Shown: one piece after another, positions 18,838-28,541 of the stretch
How the letters are laid out: the number at the start of each line of letters is the position of its first letter
Numbering within the stretch: the stretch's first letter is position 1
Assembly (NCBI GenBank): GCA_043778225.1
Contig: JAYWGM010000026.1
Location: forward strand, 1 to 35,838
Direction of reading: 5' to 3'
Length of the DNA stretch: 35,838 bases
DNA from: Deinococcales bacterium
GTDB taxonomy: Bacteria > Deinococcota > Deinococci > Deinococcales > JAAFIG01
Notes under the pieces: generated by a model
The model's database searches: none
Seen by the model: the letters and a program-made list of their open reading frames with translations, nothing else
What the model was told of the DNA's origin: nothing
Program-made: the position numbers and the translations under genes

Positions 18838-20934
18838 TCAGTATCCCGGTTCAATTCCAGCGTTATTGATCGTAGTTTGCGAATTCCCGCCATTGTTGGT
18901 GTCTTCGATATTGGTTGTACCACCGCAACAAGGTTGTCTAAAGAACGGATTGACGTTAGCGCCAAGTGGTTGCAAGACATTGTTGCGAATAGCAATGTTG
19001 TTACCTTGCTGGTCTATGTAAATTCCCGCCACAGTGTAGCCACCTGCTACAGGTGAACGGTTAATGTCGTGAATATAATTTTCACTCACAATACTGGTCG
19101 GTTGTTGATTTGACCAAGTGTAAATTCCACCGCCGTCATCGTGCAACTTCATGACATTAAAGATGTTGTTATAACTGGTGTTAATTCCGCCAAGTTGGGT
19201 GACATTGCTGGTCCAACCCCAACCTACACTGATGCCAGTGTAGGGTATATCCCAGACTTGGTTGTGCAGAATTTCGGAGTTTTTAATGTAGCCAACTTGA
19301 ATGCCGACACTGCCAGTATAATCTAAGCCAATTCGGGTCACGCGGTTATTTTTAATGCCAATACCTTGGATGATGGCTCGAGTATCGGCTGGGTTTTGAA
19401 CCCCATCGGCATCTATGCTGATTCCTTGCCCAGAAAGATCGTTAAAGGTATTACCGATGATGTTGCTGTTTTGCACTCCACCATAAAAATTGAGTCCGTT
19501 TGCGCCCATGTTATGGAACGTATTGCGTTCAAACACAATGTTGTTGGCAGCCGCCACCCGCACGCCACCGGGTTGAAATTCGGCGAGGTCGTTCGGTCCG
19601 ACATTAAATGCCCCAGCTTGCCAACCCGCGAAGCCTTCGCTCGAGGGGCGCATCCAAGTGCTGTTCTCAAAAATCAGGCGCTGAAATTGCAAATGATGCA
19701 CAGGGCTTGCCAACGTACCTTCGATGTTAAAAATCACTTCGAGTTTAGGGGTGATAACCGCCACACTGTTCATGGTTTCACCAGCCCTAGGCATATAAAA
19801 AAGTTCGTTGCTCGAGGTATTTAAGTACCACTCGCCGGGTTGGTCAAGCAGTTCTAAGGCATTTTCAAAGAAATACGTTTGGTTATCTTCTTTGGGTGGA
19901 AAAGGTAAATTTAGACTGCGGGTGCGTTCTGGTTCTTGTGGCGTAATGACCGTTGGATTTTGTACACCACCACTGGTCAGCACCCGAACTTCGGCTAAAG
20001 TAAAGTATTCGTTAGTGGTTTTGGTGACCGAAACATAGCGGTAGGCGATAGAACTATTGACAGCAATACTTTTGGTAGCTTGATGAGGCAGGCTACTCGA
20101 GCCTTGCGAACCCAACACCACATAACCGCTCATGTTGGCGTTATTGCTGGCACGGACTTCATAATTGCGGCGCGTTTCGGCTTGGTCGGTATCTTGGCGG
20201 TGAACCACATCTATGCCTGTGATGCTGTAGGCTTGCCCTAAATCCACTTGCCAATTGTGCAATGCCTGCGTGGCTGCCGAAGACCAAAGCGTTCCAATAC
20301 TGTTGTCCACAGCTTTAGAAGCATCAAAACTGGCACTAAACGAACTCGAGGCACTGGCGGTTTTGCCGGCTGCCAAATTGCTGCTGGGCGGTGGTGGTGG
20401 GCTGGTGTCGGCAAAAACCCGTACTTCGGCAAAAGCATTGCCTTCGGCGGCGGTCTTAAAAACTCCAACGTAGCGAAAGGTACTTGTGTTGCTGATGTTC
20501 AGTGTCCACGTTCCAAGGTTTGGATAAGGTGTTGCACCTTGGCTACCCAGCACGGTGTACCCAGAACTGAGGTTGCCGTTATTTGAAGCGCGAATCTCAA
20601 AATTATTGCGTGACCAACCATAATCACCATCTTGCCGAGCCACGATTTCTATTTTGGTCAGGGCGTAACCTTGGACCAAATCCACTTGCCAACTCGAGTT
20701 GGTTTCTCCTGCTGCCGATGCCCAAAAACTATTGCTATTGCCATCCACAGCTTTTTCGGGTGCAAAACTGGCATTGTAACTCGAGGTTGCCCCGACACCT
20801 TTACCAAGTGCCACATTGCTAATGGCTTGCAAGCGCAAGGGTGAATTCTGAGGCATCTGCCCTGTACAAGATGAAATGATTAAGCATCCCATCAAACCAA
20901 GAACGTGTGAAGCTCGACGAAAATCTAGCTGCAT
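18838..20934 (-). CDS. lipoprotein with two F5/8 type C (CBM32-like) domains and the C-terminal part of a GH141-like right-handed beta-helix
   Basis: Lipobox ISS-C. Two NVALGK/NLAAGK...ASS...KAVD...WQVDL...(F/Y)RYV...AEVRV domains. Poly-Pro linker. Then FENALELLDQPGEWY, PYTGISVGWGW, DGGGIYT and GIYID. Confidence 0.72.
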   Translation of the reverse strand: MQLDFRRASHVLGLMGCLIISSCTGQMPQNSPLRLQAISNVALGKGVGATSSYNASFAPEKAVDGNSNSFWASAAGETNSSWQVDLVQGYALTKIEIVARQDGDYGWSRNNFEIRASNNGNLSSGYTVLGSQGATPYPNLGTWTLNISNTSTFRYVGVFKTAAEGNAFAEVRVFADTSPPPPPSSNLAAGKTASASSSFSASFDASKAVDNSIGTLWSSAATQALHNWQVDLGQAYSITGIDVVHRQDTDQAETRRNYEVRASNNANMSGYVVLGSQGSSSLPHQATKSIAVNSSIAYRYVSVTKTTNEYFTLAEVRVLTSGGVQNPTVITPQEPERTRSLNLPFPPKEDNQTYFFENALELLDQPGEWYLNTSSNELFYMPRAGETMNSVAVITPKLEVIFNIEGTLASPVHHLQFQRLIFENSTWMRPSSEGFAGWQAGAFNVGPNDLAEFQPGGVRVAAANNIVFERNTFHNMGANGLNFYGGVQNSNIIGNTFNDLSGQGISIDADGVQNPADTRAIIQGIGIKNNRVTRIGLDYTGSVGIQVGYIKNSEILHNQVWDIPYTGISVGWGWTSNVTQLGGINTSYNNIFNVMKLHDDGGGIYTWSNQQPTSIVSENYIHDINRSPVAGGYTVAGIYIDQQGNNIAIRNNVLQPLGANVNPFFRQPCCGGTTNIEDTNNGGNSQTTINNAGIEPGY

Positions 20935-20989
20935 ACTAACTCCTTATCGAGATGGCTTTTCGCCACTCGGTGACAATTAAATTATTGAT

Positions 20990-22066
20990 TTAAGACACAG
21001 GTATTTTCTGCCACGGTTTTTGTCCAGCCCAAATTTGTTCATAGCCAACCCCATGACCGTCGGGGGCATGAACCAAACCATTTTTATCCACTCGAGCTTC
21101 ACGCACGACTTTATTGGTTTTAATCAAGGATTCGTAATAGGTGTTGTTGCGGATACTCATGCACAAATGTGCATTCTCGAGTCCAGCCCCGTGCATTTCG
21201 GCTCGCAAATGGTGCGCTTCGGCTAAATGGGCAATGCGGATTGCACCTGTAAAACCGCCCTTAAAACCTGCGCTGGTACGGACACTCGAGGCACAACCGC
21301 TTTTAATAAAATCAGCCGTTGTCCAGTGTGAGCCGCTTGTTACTTCGGCGACTAATAACGGCACTTTGACCCGTTCACCAAGGCGTTTATAGGCATCTAC
21401 GCTGTGTTCTTTCATCGGTTCTTCGTACCACAAGTAATCGGCTTCTGATAGCGCATGACCTAAGTAAACTGCGTCTTGAAGGTCAAATCCCGCACTGCCA
21501 TCGTACATTAAAGGGATACTGGGTCCAACATGGGCGCGTAGTGCCAAGCACAATTCGGCATCGCGCCTCGCATCGCCCCAAGCATGGAGTTTAATCGCAG
21601 GGTAGCCCAGTTCTAAACACTGGTCGGCAACATCTATAAATTCGGCAATACTCGAGAAGGTAACTGTACTGGCATAGGCTTCTATACTGGTTTTTGCGCC
21701 ACCCAAGAGTTTCCACACAGGTTGCTCGAGGGCTTTACCGGCAATGTCCCACAGCGCAATGTCTACTAAGCCAAGCATATAGACTGGAAAATACTCGATG
21801 CGGTCAAGTTCCCAAATTCTGTGCCAAAGGTATTCGCGCATAAAGGGGTCTTGCCCCAGTAATTCTGGTTTTAAGCGCCGTTCGACATAATCCTCGAGTA
21901 ATTTGCCTCGGTGACAAGCGGCATAACCACTGATGCCTTGGTCGGTGCTAATCTCGAGCCAACCGATAATTCCTGCTGGGTCAGAGCCGGGCAAACCATC
22001 GCGCCACCTAAATGTATGGTCGGCTGGCACGGAAACAAGGTGAACTTGGACATCGGTGATTTTCAT
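20990..22066 (-). CDS. mandelate racemase/muconate lactonising enzyme family protein (probable acid-sugar dehydratase)
   Basis: VDIALWDIAGKAL..PVWKLLGG, AIKLHAW, metal ligands in MYDGS/YEEP/VAEV, and EMH. Confidence 0.88.
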   Translation of the reverse strand: MKITDVQVHLVSVPADHTFRWRDGLPGSDPAGIIGWLEISTDQGISGYAACHRGKLLEDYVERRLKPELLGQDPFMREYLWHRIWELDRIEYFPVYMLGLVDIALWDIAGKALEQPVWKLLGGAKTSIEAYASTVTFSSIAEFIDVADQCLELGYPAIKLHAWGDARRDAELCLALRAHVGPSIPLMYDGSAGFDLQDAVYLGHALSEADYLWYEEPMKEHSVDAYKRLGERVKVPLLVAEVTSGSHWTTADFIKSGCASSVRTSAGFKGGFTGAIRIAHLAEAHHLRAEMHGAGLENAHLCMSIRNNTYYESLIKTNKVVREARVDKNGLVHAPDGHGVGYEQIWAGQKPWQKIPVS

Positions 22067-22986
22067 GATTTTTCTGCTCCTGCAATCATGCCTTCGCGCA
22101 CAAATCGCTGCGAGAATAAGAACACCAGCAATATCGGAATGGCAATCATTAAGCCAGCCAAGGCAACTTCAGGGCGTTTGATAGGTAAGTCGTTGATGTT
22201 GCTTGGGTTTACTGCGCCTGTGCTGTTGAGGAGCGTTGCAAGCCCGACAGGCAGGTTATAAAGTCGGTCGTCGGTGATTAAAATAAATGGCAAGAAATAA
22301 TTGTTCCAATTGGCAACAAAGGCAAAAAAAGCAATTAAAGAAACCACTGGCGCAGCCAGCGGCAGCGCAATTCGGGTGAACACCTGAAATTCAGTTGCGC
22401 CATCCATGCGAGCCGCATTGAGCAGGTCTTTAGGAATGGTGGTTGAAAAGAAAATAAAAGCAAGGTACACCCCAAATGGGAAAAATCCACCGGCAATAAT
22501 CATGCCAAAATAAGTGTTGGTCAGTTTAAGTGCGTTAAACTCGAGAAAAAGCGGTAAGGTACTGGCAGCACTGGGGATAATCATCGTGATTAAAGTCATA
22601 ATCAGAATCAGTCGGCGTGGTGCAAAGTCGGACATCGCAAGGGCATAACCCGCCGGTATTGAAACCGCCAAATTAAGCAGTAATCCGCCCAGCACATAAA
22701 AAATAGAATTGTAAACCCATGAAACCATCTGATAATTATTGAACGAAACAAGGTTATTCCAAGTCAGCACAAGCCGTTCAAACGAACCCAAGGCAAGTGG
22801 TGGTAATTCGATCAACTGGTCTTGGCTTTTGGTCGGGGCAATCAGTAACCACAGCAATGGCACGACAAAAAACACGGCAAAACTGAGCAGCACTAAAAGC
22901 CTTGGGCTGTCGCTCAGTAGACTAAACAGCGGATTGACTCGGGCTTTTTTAGGGCGGCTCGAGTTGCGAACAATGATTCGGCTCAT
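22063..22986 (-). CDS. carbohydrate ABC permease (MalG-like)
   Basis: DLLNAARMDGATEFQVF, NWNNYFLP and LPVGL. Confidence 0.92.
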   Translation of the reverse strand: MSRIIVRNSSRPKKARVNPLFSLLSDSPRLLVLLSFAVFFVVPLLWLLIAPTKSQDQLIELPPLALGSFERLVLTWNNLVSFNNYQMVSWVYNSIFYVLGGLLLNLAVSIPAGYALAMSDFAPRRLILIMTLITMIIPSAASTLPLFLEFNALKLTNTYFGMIIAGGFFPFGVYLAFIFFSTTIPKDLLNAARMDGATEFQVFTRIALPLAAPVVSLIAFFAFVANWNNYFLPFILITDDRLYNLPVGLATLLNSTGAVNPSNINDLPIKRPEVALAGLMIAIPILLVFLFSQRFVREGMIAGAEKS

Positions 22987-23882
22987 GCCTCTGTCCTGTA
23001 AAAATCGGTTTTGAAAATCATGATTAAGGCAATAATAATTCCAGCCAACATCAGCAGGCTCGAGAGGGCAGCCCCAGCCCCAAAATTACCAAGCCCAAAA
23101 GCGTAGGTGTATGCCAGTTGGTTGGGTGTCCAATTGGTGGTGGCAATCGTGCCAGAACTGGCAGCACTGATAATTTGGGGTTCGGCAAACAACTGAAAAC
23201 CACCCGAGAAAGAAAGTATCAGCATAAAAATCACGTTTTTGATAATCAAAGGCAGTTTAATTCGCCATGCCAATTGCCAGTTGTCACAACCATCTATGCG
23301 GGCTGCCTCGAGAATTTCTTGGGAGATTCCACTCAAAGCACCGCTCATGACCACAATCCAGCCGCCAGCCCCGGAAGTGAATGCCATCAGCGCAAAGACG
23401 GTCGGTAAACCAATTTTATTGACCACGCCAAAAACATCGCCTTGATTTAAGGGCGCAAGTGCAAAGGCAAAAGGGCTAACGCTTGGGTCGAGTACCGACA
23501 ACCACAAAAGCACCACGGCTGTGCCAGAAACCGCGCCCGGTAAGTAATAAATGCTGCGTAGACCATTGGAAAAACCACCTGGGCGAACATCGAGTAAAAA
23601 AGCAATCAACAGCACCCCAAGCACCATCATCGGTAGCCAAATAGCAATATAAGAAAGCACGTTCAGAACAGTTTGGAAAAAGCGGTAATCGGTTAGCACG
23701 GTCATATAATTTGTTAAACCCACAAAGGCTTTTTTAGAGCTTAAAAAACTTAGTACCAGTGCATAAATGGTCGGTGCAATACCAACCACCAAGAGTAAAA
23801 TTAGGTACGGTAAGGCAAAAAAGTAGGGTGTTACATTTATTCTCTTTTTTAATTTTAGGGTATTCACAAGGTTTATTCTCAC
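22983..23882 (-). CDS. carbohydrate ABC permease (MalF-like)
   Basis: FVGLTNY and EILEAARIDGC. GTG start with GGAGG RBS. Confidence 0.9.
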   Translation of the reverse strand: MRINLVNTLKLKKRINVTPYFFALPYLILLLVVGIAPTIYALVLSFLSSKKAFVGLTNYMTVLTDYRFFQTVLNVLSYIAIWLPMMVLGVLLIAFLLDVRPGGFSNGLRSIYYLPGAVSGTAVVLLWLSVLDPSVSPFAFALAPLNQGDVFGVVNKIGLPTVFALMAFTSGAGGWIVVMSGALSGISQEILEAARIDGCDNWQLAWRIKLPLIIKNVIFMLILSFSGGFQLFAEPQIISAASSGTIATTNWTPNQLAYTYAFGLGNFGAGAALSSLLMLAGIIIALIMIFKTDFYRTEA

Positions 23883-24103
23883 TTAACTACCTCCCCGAAT
23901 TTTCTAGCGTTTTTTACTAGAAAATTCCGACTAACAGGAGCAGGGATGACGTGTCTATCGCTGTAATGAAGGAATTGCCGTTTTTTGAAAATTCCAAAAT
24001 GTAGGTGATAGACACTTATTTTGACTCGAGGGACGGGGGGCTTAGACCCATCCCTCTCGAGGAGGAAAGCAGCCCTAAAAGTAGCTTAGGGCTTAAAAAG
24101 AGG

Positions 24104-25393
24104 TTAGCGAGTGGTGACTTGGTAGCCACTGGCTCTTGCCAGATTGACCATTTCGGTTTGCACGGCTGGCAGGACAGCTTCGACTGATTTACCGTCTTTT
24201 ATAGCGGGTAGAATGTATTTTGTCATTGGTTCCCAGGCAGCGTAACGGGTGCTGGCTTGGGCTGGGGTGAGGTTGTTGGCGGCAGCTTTTAGGACTGGGT
24301 AGACATCGTTGGCGTAGTATTTATCGGCGGTCACTTTTTTGCCCCATAGGTCGGCACTTGGTAAATGGGCTGGGAAGGTTGGCGCATCGGTCTGGTTTTC
24401 TGGGCTGGTGGTCATCCAGAGCATGATGTCAACTGCGCCTTTAAGGTTCTTGGCTTTTTTCGAGACTCCAAATGCGCCGCCGCCCCAACCTGCGGTGTAG
24501 GTCGTGCGTTCATCGTTCCAACGCAACGGTGCAGCCGCACTGGTTTGACCGGCTGGCACTTTATAATTGGGTTTAATGATGTACTCGCCAAACCATGAAG
24601 CGGTTGGAATCATCAGTAAATTGCCTTCAGCAGCAATTTTATTAAAGGCTGGTTCAAATGGGCTGAGGCTGCTGAGGCTGCCAGCTTTGACCAGATTATC
24701 AATCATTTTGGCAACTCGAGTACATTTGACCGATGCCATGTTAATTCGCACACTGTTGGCGTTGGTTCTCGAGAGTTCAGAGATTGGGCAGTTACTGGCA
24801 TAGAAAAAATGCGAAATAATTTGCGGGTCGCCAAGTGTTCCAACCACTGTACCGGGGTGTTCTTTGGCGGCTCGTAAACCAAGGGCTTCGTATTCTTCCC
24901 ATGTTTTTGGAGCGGTGTAACCGTAGTCTTTCATCAGTTTGACGTTGTACCACAAAACATTTTGCGCTAAGTCGTTGCGTAAACAAAGCAGCTTGCCGCC
25001 GACGGTACAAAAACCGTTTGAGCCTTTGGCAAATTGATTTAGGGTTTTACTGGTCACGTAGTCTTTTAGGTGCAACAAGTAATCTATTTCTGGGTCGGCA
25101 AGTTGGGCGGGCATCGGTTGCGAACCCATAAAAATTACATCAGGGCTACCCGCACCAGCTTGGGTGGTCAAACGGATTTTTGCCACTTGTTCGCCTTGGT
25201 CTACCGTCACAATTCGCATTTTTACATCTGGGTGGATCTTTTGGTACATTTGGAAACCCGCTAAACGGGCTGGGTCGGTCCAGACCAGAATTTCTTCGCT
25301 TTGGGCGCTGGCAAACAATGCTGCGCTGGCAGCAGCGATACCACCAATAGTTAAGAGTGGTTTGAGCAAGGATTGACGACTAACTTTTGACAT
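24104..25393 (-). CDS. oligosaccharide ABC transporter substrate-binding protein (CUT1)
   Basis: AAGGAGG RBS before ATG 25393. Signal peptide ending ASA-Q. HPDVKMRIV, SPDVIF and RNDLAQNVLWYN motifs. Distant paralog of 10665-11987. Confidence 0.9.
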   Translation of the reverse strand: MSKVSRQSLLKPLLTIGGIAAASAALFASAQSEEILVWTDPARLAGFQMYQKIHPDVKMRIVTVDQGEQVAKIRLTTQAGAGSPDVIFMGSQPMPAQLADPEIDYLLHLKDYVTSKTLNQFAKGSNGFCTVGGKLLCLRNDLAQNVLWYNVKLMKDYGYTAPKTWEEYEALGLRAAKEHPGTVVGTLGDPQIISHFFYASNCPISELSRTNANSVRINMASVKCTRVAKMIDNLVKAGSLSSLSPFEPAFNKIAAEGNLLMIPTASWFGEYIIKPNYKVPAGQTSAAAPLRWNDERTTYTAGWGGGAFGVSKKAKNLKGAVDIMLWMTTSPENQTDAPTFPAHLPSADLWGKKVTADKYYANDVYPVLKAAANNLTPAQASTRYAAWEPMTKYILPAIKDGKSVEAVLPAVQTEMVNLARASGYQVTTR

Positions 25394-25473
25394 AATGATT
25401 CCCTCCTTGGGATGAACAAAGAACAACACGAGGCGCTGCCAGATTGAGGTTCAATAGATATTTGGACTACAAA

Positions 25474-25502
25474 AAGTTATCATACTCATTTTCAGATGTC
25501 AA
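25474..25502 (-). promoter_or_regulatory. sigma70 promoter of the third ABC operon
   Basis: Minus strand TTGACA-N17-TAACTT with a TGn extension. Confidence 0.65.
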
Positions 25503-25681
25503 GCACCTAACTCGAGAATTTGTGGTATAACTTAAATTCACCAATCCAGTGCAGAAAGTTGGCTCGAATTGGTTCTATTCGTGTAAAACGGGCTTTAGAA
25601 TCTTTGATGTTAGACCAAAAAAATCATCATTCGTATGAGGTTAGTTGCTAATTTTAATTTATTACTTCAAAAATTTTTTCA

Positions 25682-25695
25682 AAGTTGTATGACTT
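25682..25695. promoter_or_regulatory. putative GntR/FadR operator
   Basis: Imperfect palindrome AAGTTGTATGACTT upstream of the FadR gene. GTATGA/TCATAC also occurs in the promoter spacer at about 25480 and at about 25633. Confidence 0.45.
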
Positions 25696-25741
25696 ATTTA
25701 CAAAATAAATCCACCAAATAAATCCACTAAGCGAGGTTTTC

Positions 25742-26491
25742 ATGCACACCCTAACGCCACCCATACAAAGTTCCGAACCGGCATACAACACAGTTGCCAC
25801 TAAAATTCTCGAGTACATCCGCCATAACCAACTCCAACCAGGCGATAAACTCCCGACCGAACAACAAATGGGCAAACAGATGGAAGTCAGTCGTACTGTC
25901 ATCCGCGAAGCCGTAAAAGTGCTAACGACCGTTGGTGTGGTGCGCCCCAAACGCGGTAGTGGCTTGTATGTAACCAACGAACCCAGACCATTTGCCAGTA
26001 CCGCAATCGAATTTTCTGTGACCAACGAACCCGAAAATGTGCTGCACCTCTTTGAATTCCGTACGATTCTCGAGCCAGTGGCTGCCGCCCAAGCCGCCGA
26101 GCGCATCTCGCCACGCGAATTGCGGCGTTTAGAGGGCTATGTGCAGGCATACCGAAACGCGGCTCAGAACGCCGATAGCGTTGGTTGTCGAGATGCCGAC
26201 TTGGCATTTCATATGTGCATTGCCCAAGCCACCCGCAATCCATTGATTGCCAGTTCGTTATCGGCAACCCAGCGCCTACAAAACTGGGCTTACGACCTCG
26301 AGCAGGGAGTTAAAGCAATTATCCCAGCCGAGTTACAACCACATTTGCAATTGGCAGTGATTGAACATCAAGCCATTTTTGAAGCCATCAGCCACGGCGA
26401 AAGTATGGCGGCGGATACTGCCATGCGAAAGCACTTGGCATCTTCGCAAGCCAATTATCAACTCGAGGTTCGGCGCAGGATGGGAACATGA
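25742..26491 (+). CDS. FadR/GntR-family transcriptional regulator (FCD domain)
   Basis: LQPGDKLPTE...VSRTVIREAVKVL...RGSGLYV winged HTH, plus EFRTILE, DLAFH and EHQAIFEAI. Confidence 0.95.
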   Translation: MHTLTPPIQSSEPAYNTVATKILEYIRHNQLQPGDKLPTEQQMGKQMEVSRTVIREAVKVLTTVGVVRPKRGSGLYVTNEPRPFASTAIEFSVTNEPENVLHLFEFRTILEPVAAAQAAERISPRELRRLEGYVQAYRNAAQNADSVGCRDADLAFHMCIAQATRNPLIASSLSATQRLQNWAYDLEQGVKAIIPAELQPHLQLAVIEHQAIFEAISHGESMAADTAMRKHLASSQANYQLEVRRRMGT

Positions 26492-26811
26492 AAAGATTTG
26501 CCTCTGTCACTCGAGTACGCCCAGAAAAACTCGAGCAGTACAAAGAACTTCATGCCAAACCGTGGCTTGGTGTGCTTGAAACCCTCAAAAAAGCTGGTAT
26601 TCAAAATTATAGTATTTACCTGCATGACGACCTGCTCTTTTCGTACCTCGAGTACCACGGTTCAGATTGGGAAGCCGCCACGCAGATGATTGCAGCCGAC
26701 CCGATAACTCGAGACTGGTGGAAACTAACCGACCCATGCCAGAATCCATTCCCCAGTGCAAAGAACAAAGAAATGTGGTCTAGTATGGAACAAGTTTTTT
26801 TAATGGAGTAG
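26488..26811 (+). CDS. rhaM: L-rhamnose/L-fucose mutarotase (RhaM family)
   Basis: YKELHAKPW...GIQNYSIYL...LFSYLEY...WW...MEQVF. In this context it probably acts as an L-fucose mutarotase. Confidence 0.85.
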   Translation: MKRFASVTRVRPEKLEQYKELHAKPWLGVLETLKKAGIQNYSIYLHDDLLFSYLEYHGSDWEAATQMIAADPITRDWWKLTDPCQNPFPSAKNKEMWSSMEQVFLME

Positions 26812-26817
26812 TTATTC

Positions 26818-27804
26818 ATGACCCCACTTTGTGCGACCGATCAGGTTTTTATTGGCAAAAATGTTCCGATTACCAGACTTGGGCTTGGCGTTGCCACCCA
26901 AGGCGGGCTGTTCCAAGCCGTATCCGAACTCGAGGCTCGTGCCGTCTTTCAAGCCGCTTGGGAGGCTGGAATTCGGTACTTTGACACTGCACCTTGGTAT
27001 GGATTTGGCTCGAGTGAACAACGACTTGGTGCGTTTTTACAAGACAAAACAGGTTTTCGTGTCTCGAGCAAAACAGGGCGTTTACTCAGTCAGGATTATC
27101 CGGTGCATCCGAGTCAAGCCACCGCTAGTTTTGTTACGCCTTCTATCTTGAATGTGAAATACGATTATTCTTATGATGCGACGATGCAATCACTCGAGGA
27201 ATCCTTGGGACGAATGAAGATTCCTAGAATTGATATTGCCCTTATTCACGACCCTGACAGTGTTGGTTTAACTACCCAAGAAGTGCTTTCTGGGAGTGCC
27301 AAAGCATTATTCAAGTTGCGCGACCAAGGTGTAATTGGGGCAGTTGGCGCAGGCATGAACCAATGGCAAATGCCGCTTGAACTTGCCCAAGCCGCCCCGT
27401 TTGATGTGTTTTTACTGGCTGGGCGTTACACCTTACTCGAGCAGGAATCGTTGCCTTTTATGAATTATTGCGCGGATAACAATCTTAAAATCCTAATTGG
27501 TGGAGTCTATAACAGTGGTTTACTGGCGAATCCAAAACCAGACGCACATTACAACTATGCCCCTGTTCCCCAAGCTGTGCTAACCCGAGCAATGTCTTTA
27601 CAACGAATTTGTTTAGAATATGGTGTGCCACTTAGGTCGGCGGCATTACAATTTCCATTTCGCCATAAAGCCGTTGCCAATGTGATTGTTGCGGCTCGAG
27701 ATGTCAAGCAACTCGAGGATAACTTAACCATGTTTAATACACCAATACCTAATGAACTCTGGGCTGCTTTAAGTGCATCTGGATTACTCGAGGAGAACGA
27801 ATGA
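26818..27804 (+). CDS. aldo/keto reductase, L-fucose dehydrogenase (D-threo-aldose 1-dehydrogenase)-like
   Basis: [66 protein letters not shown] and AALQFP. Confidence 0.85.
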   Translation: MTPLCATDQVFIGKNVPITRLGLGVATQGGLFQAVSELEARAVFQAAWEAGIRYFDTAPWYGFGSSEQRLGAFLQDKTGFRVSSKTGRLLSQDYPVHPSQATASFVTPSILNVKYDYSYDATMQSLEESLGRMKIPRIDIALIHDPDSVGLTTQEVLSGSAKALFKLRDQGVIGAVGAGMNQWQMPLELAQAAPFDVFLLAGRYTLLEQESLPFMNYCADNNLKILIGGVYNSGLLANPKPDAHYNYAPVPQAVLTRAMSLQRICLEYGVPLRSAALQFPFRHKAVANVIVAARDVKQLEDNLTMFNTPIPNELWAALSASGLLEENE

Positions 27805-28541
27805 ATCGTCTGCAAGGAAAAACTGTTTTAATCACGGCGGCTGGACAAGGCATCGGACGGGCTATTGCCGAAGCGATGATGCTCGAGGGCGCAAACGTTA
27901 TTGCCACTGATGTCAAACCAGAATTGCTGCTTGGTTTAACGTGTCAAACCCAAGCCTTAAATGTTCTCGAGAAACCCCAAATTCTCGAGTTGATTGGTTC
28001 ACTGCCCAATTTGGATGTGCTGGTTAATTGCGCTGGTTTTGTACATCACGGCAGTATTCTCGAGTGCGCCGATTCGGACTGGGATTTCTCGTTTAACCTT
28101 AATGCCAAAAGTATCTTCTGGACAATGCAGGCGGCGATTCCAAAAATGCTCGAGAATAAAAGTGGCAGTATTATCAACATTTCCTCAGTAGCCTCGAGCA
28201 TCAAAGGCGCACCAAACCGCTTTGTGTACGGCGCAAGTAAAGCCGCAATTATAGGCATGACCAAGGCTGTAGCATCTGATTTTATCACCCAAGGTATTCG
28301 GGTTAATGCCATCTGCCCGGGTACAATTGAATCGCCATCATGGAATGCTCGGGTTAGCAGCCAAGCCCAGAATTCGGGAACGAATGAAGATGCTGTGCGT
28401 CAGGCTTTTGTTGCGCGTCAACCAATGGGCAGAGTCGGAACACCACAAGAAGTCGCAGCCTTGGCGGTCTACCTTGGTTCGGATGAAAGTGCGTACACCA
28501 CAGGTCAAGCCCATATTATAGATGGAGGTTGGAGCTTATGA
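27801..28541 (+). CDS. SDR oxidoreductase, 2-keto-3-deoxy-L-fuconate 4-dehydrogenase (BDH2-like)
   Basis: [47 protein letters not shown] and FVARQPMGR. Confidence 0.88.
   Translation: MNRLQGKTVLITAAGQGIGRAIAEAMMLEGANVIATDVKPELLLGLTCQTQALNVLEKPQILELIGSLPNLDVLVNCAGFVHHGSILECADSDWDFSFNLNAKSIFWTMQAAIPKMLENKSGSIINISSVASSIKGAPNRFVYGASKAAIIGMTKAVASDFITQGIRVNAICPGTIESPSWNARVSSQAQNSGTNEDAVRQAFVARQPMGRVGTPQEVAALAVYLGSDESAYTTGQAHIIDGGWSL

Noticed and set aside
10665..25393. Two CUT1 ABC systems without an ATPase gene
   Set aside because: This is common; such systems share a MalK/MsmK-type ATPase encoded elsewhere.
25360..25393. Tat-like SRQSLLK in the third binding protein
   Set aside because: It lacks the twin arginine and is compatible with an ordinary Sec signal.
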